DNA of 64,000 nt from Eledone cirrhosa (taxonomy: Eukaryota): positions 51,770,001-51,834,000 of the forward strand of contig OZ024743.1 in NCBI GenBank assembly GCA_964016885.1, given 5' to 3'. Positions 59,901 to 64,000 of this stretch are shown here, piece by piece. The notes under the pieces are model-generated. The model searched no databases. It had not been told where the DNA came from and saw only the letters and a list, made by a program, of their open reading frames with translations. The position numbers and the translations under genes were made by a program. Each line of letters starts with the position of its first letter. The first letter of the stretch is position 1.

Positions 59901-60514
59901 TTTTTTTTAATATATATTTTTAAAAATATATTTTTATATATTTTTTTAATGCATTTTTTATATATTTTTTTAAATATATTTTTTTAATATATTCTGCATA
60001 GATTCTTTTATATATCATGCTTGCATCTACTATATACGGTCTGGGCATACCCTTTACGTTAATACCATGAACTCCCCATATGTAGCCTTGCTTGAGGTGT
60101 CTATACGTGAATTTACCCACTTTGGCAGCATAATATCAACTCTGTCTGCATGCACAACCCAATGTGTATCCTTACATGCCTTTCTAACATGTATTTGTTG
60201 TACATTCTTTTATGTGTGTGTATATATGTATATATATATACATATATGATGATGATATATCCTCTTCACCTATTGTATCCACATCACCACCATCAATATA
60301 TAATATTCCCTTGTCATCAATTTATTAGAGAAATCACATTCTAAGTTGTTTGTTAATTCCCACCAAGGGACCAATATCTGAATGGCTGAGTTCAGTAGAC
60401 AATATTTTTCCAAGAAACAAGATAAAATATCAAGGAGGGAACTTTTTTCTACAATTTTCTTTTGTTTCATTTTTACATTTCTTTGTCTTATTTTGTTTTA
60501 CATTTCTTTCAAAC

Positions 60515-60519
<5 letters not shown>

Positions 60520-60601
<82 letters not shown>
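60520..60601. repeat. Perfect (CA)n microsatellite, ~40 units
   Basis: Directly visible. Confidence 0.97.
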
Positions 60602-60604
<3 letters not shown>

Positions 60605-61480
60605 TACACTCTGATATCACATTAAAATTCCCCTAGATGTTTACTGAGTGGAGTGGAGCTTGTCAAATGAGACCCGCGGAAACAATGTTGGTCTTTCCAT
60701 TGCTGATAATATCTACTGGTCACAGCTCCTGGCAGAAAGAGCAACGTAAAATAAAGTGTCTTGCCTGGTCAGGGAATTGAACTCTTAACCTCACAATTGC
60801 GAATCCAATTCTCTATTCACTAAGCCACATGTCTTCACTAAAATGCACCTAGTACTTTCTGTAAAATGGTTGGCATTAGGAAGGGTATCTACCTGTAGAA
60901 ATCCTGTCAAAATATGGAATATATACACAAGACAAGGTATCTCTCACCATGTCTTTTCTGTGTCTGTATGTGTGTCTGTATGTATGTGTGTCTGTATGTG
61001 TATGTGAATGTATGTGTGTGTGAATGTATGCATCTGTCTGTCTCTGGTCTGTGTGTCTATCTGCCTCTCTGTAACTGTCTGTGTGTTTCACTCTGGTCTA
61101 TGTATATATTGGTGTGTCACTCTAAGTAAAGCTCTCTGTCAGCCTTATATGTCCATGTACATTTGACTCCCAGTAAAGTTGATTTAATCTCAGCAAATAA
61201 TCTCAGAAACAAGACACTGCAGTAAAATAGATTGTAATCATATTGTTCTATTGGAATATTACTGGTGTGGATGGCGTGGATTGAAAAGGAGAGCAAACAA
61301 ACTCCTTCCCAAGGAATTGTCTCCAGAACATCTTGCAAGACTAAGTCCAACACAGAAGATACAAACATTAAAGTGTGGGGAGAGATTTTTTATTTGTGAG
61401 GTAAATACTAGTTGACATTTCATCATAGATTTTGTGGGAGTTATAAATTATCCAGTTTATCTTTTAACTATATATATCTA

Positions 61481-62128
61481 CTAGCCGAATTACCCGCACC
61501 TTGCTGCGTTTCACACATTTTTTTGTAAGAAAAAGATGGATTGATTTTAAATCAGTGATATAATTTATGGAGAAAAACTCTGCATTTCAATATTACTCAA
61601 TGTAAAATATAATGCATGAAAAATTGGAAAACATTTTTTGTAATATATCAAATCAAAATTACATTATTAAATCTTATTCTTATTTTGTTTCTTGTAGATA
61701 ATTTTTTTCAAAATATTGATTCAAAACTTTTGTGAATAGGTATCATATCTTATCATTTACCTATGGTTTAAATTTCATATAAATCGAAGGGAAAACATTT
61801 TCAGTGGAAGTTTGTGCCTCTGGGGAACCCTAATAGGGGTTTAACCCCCATTAGGGTGTCTTAATATTATTGAAATTTGCTGAAATTTTGTGAATAGGCA
61901 TCATATTTTATCATTTACCTATGCTTTAAATTTTATATAAATCGAAGGGAAAAACTTTTCAGCGGGGGTTTGTGCCCCCGGGGAACTCTTTGATTAAAAT
62001 GAAATATATTTATCCAAGTACCCTGGGAAATGTAGTTTCAGAATATATATGGTTATGGGGGTCTATCTCCAAAACCATAGGAGGAGTTCATGAACAAACA
62101 GACAGGAATACAACTTTATATATATAGA
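61481..62128 (-). mobile_element. Non-autonomous Helitron
   Basis: A|CTAG at 61480-61484 with adjacent GC-rich hairpin; (TA)nGA|T at 62127-62129; internal ~160-bp duplication. Confidence 0.7.
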
Positions 62129-62134
62129 TATTGT

Positions 62135-62690
62135 GTAAATATATATATTACCCACCTAAGGTAAAAGAGCTTGCTCCTTTCAAAGTTGATCTTGATCTAG
62201 TTGGTAATATTGATTTCCATACACACATGGGATAATAGTCAAGTGTTATAAATTAGTTTAATGTCCTCAAACATTAGATTTATACAGTTTGATATAACTG
62301 ATCTCTTTCAATCTCCACAATCAATAGGCCTTCGATTTCACTAGTAATTTCACTAATATATATACATGATTTAGATTATTTAATGATATCCCACTATAGA
62401 AAAACTCCTCTAATAATGAGCACCCCTAGATAAAGAAATCCACTACCAATGACCTAATCAGTGTACCAATGGGATCATTTGGTGGGCCTGTTTATCTTAG
62501 ACACACTACGTAAGAAATTCCCTGATGTCCGTACAGGTCTACACCACGACGATGGTCTGGCACTATTGAGCCATAAAAGTGGCCATGACCTTGAAACATT
62601 TAGAAAGAATCTGATAACCACCTTTAGCAATCTAGAACTAAAGGTTACAATTTCTACCAACCTTACCAGTGTTAATTTCCTAATATTATG
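62135..62690 (+). mobile_element. Old Penelope-like RT fragment
   Basis: LVGLFIL..GLHHDDGL (decayed Y(R)DD region)..LKVTISTNLTSVNFL. Confidence 0.6.
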
Positions 62691-63483
62691 TTAAGTCAGA
62701 CAAATTTAACTTCAATTTATCATAAACTCCCAGTTGGTTAGTTGTTGATTGTCAAAGCTCTTTTGTCACACATTCTGTGACCTCCTCAGTGACTACCTTT
62801 GTTGTTATTTTGTGTCTCTCCTTTGTTCTGTCCTACACCATCTTGTTTTGTGAGTTCTGTACTTGGGCTGCATGTGCATGCATTGTATCCAGGTTTGCGT
62901 GCGTGTGTGTGGTTTTATTTATTTTATTTTTTATTTAATATATTTATTTGTTTATTTTTATGTTTATTTACTTGTCACTAGTTGGTTACTTGTTCTATCT
63001 GTTTGCCTCACTTACATACGTTTCAAATTTGGCACAGTTTACATAGCTGGATGCTCTTCCTATCACCAACTGTACTTTGTGCATTTCATCATGGCACCAG
63101 CATTAGTGAGATTGTCCTTGACACAACTGAACAGTCCTCTCAACCCTTTGATTCACATAGTTTCTACAGCTGGATGCTTCTTATCACCAACCACTTTACA
63201 GAGTACACTGGGTACATTTACATGGATACAGTTATCATGTCCTTGACACAACTAAACAACCCTAGACTGTTTGGTAAATTTGATGTGAGTTTGACATGAA
63301 ATTAATTAAATTGAAGAGAATGGCAATAGTTGTAGTTATTTCTGATTGGGTGGTTGTTATTCATTAGCTTCAGCAGCTGCTAATTATTGTGAACACCTGC
63401 TGATTGGCTGAAAAATCTGCTGGTTGGCTTAGACACCTGTTAATTATCTGGAACATGTGAATATCTATATTTGTAGGGAAAAT

Positions 63484-63610
63484 GTTTCTACTTTTGGCAC
63501 AAGGCCAGCGATTACCCCAGTGCATCACTGGTACTTTATTTTATCGACCTCATAAGGATGAAAGACAAAGTTAACCTTGGCAGATTTGAACTCAGAACGC
63601 AAAGGGCCAA
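63484..63610 (-). mobile_element. tRNA-derived SINE family A fragment
   Basis: Family core and B box. Confidence 0.7.
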
Positions 63611-64000
63611 ACATGAAGAATATTGTTCTGAAAGGTTTGGGTAGACAAGGGATCCTCAAACATGTTAGATCATCAATCCCTTCATGGAATCCATAACGCC
63701 CCCCCCCCCCCCCCCCCCCTCCCCCTATTTGATTTCAGGCAAAAACAAAAATAAATCAGTAAATACATATAAAATAAACAGACAATAAAGAATACTTATA
63801 TATAAATGAGAAAACTGTGTAAGCTAATTGTATTTTGTTGTATTATTTCATATATTCTTTCTGATACATATGTCACGTTTTGACTCCCTGGGTAGACTCA
63901 GTGAACCCTAGTGATCAATATCAACTACTATTGAGATCCTGTAGTAGAGACATAGCTGGTTGGAACACCCTGCAATGCTGTTGTTTAGCCCTAGAACAGT

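Noticed and set aside
63325-63382. Another hammerhead on the minus strand (CTGCTGA...GAAAT)
   Set aside because: The core is altered, and stems I and II cannot be paired convincingly.
63699-63725. Poly-C run as a functional G-quadruplex or i-motif
   Set aside because: A simple homopolymer with no supporting context; its length is error-prone.

Overview
AT-rich, repeat-dense animal genomic DNA. The SINE/LINE repertoire and microsatellite load suggest a coleoid cephalopod such as an octopod; this is inference, not shown by the sequence. The only host gene is a minus-strand TWIK-subfamily two-pore-domain K+ channel (KCNK1/KCNK6-like). Its three coding exons (56744-56933, 5446-5589, 3784-4182) join in phase 1 across GT-AG introns. 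Intron 1 is ~51 kb and spans a 200-N gap, and the last exon (M4/C-terminus) lies outside the window. The rest is transposon-derived or tandem repeat. Retroelements: one open 1012-aa RTE LINE ORF with a C4HC3 PHD finger inserted inside the reverse transcriptase, many truncated RTE copies, decayed Tx1, CR1 and R4/Dong LINEs, Hydra-clade-like Penelope elements, several minimal hammerhead-ribozyme motifs and two tRNA-SINE families. DNA elements: five Helitrons, a Chapaev3-type transposon with a TAA target-site duplication (TSD) and TTAA-flanked piggyBac-type MITEs. Several minisatellites grew out of TE fragments. Most ORFs in the supplied track are repeat-derived noise. Family names were assigned by motif recognition without database searches, and TE boundaries are approximate unless termini or TSDs are quoted.
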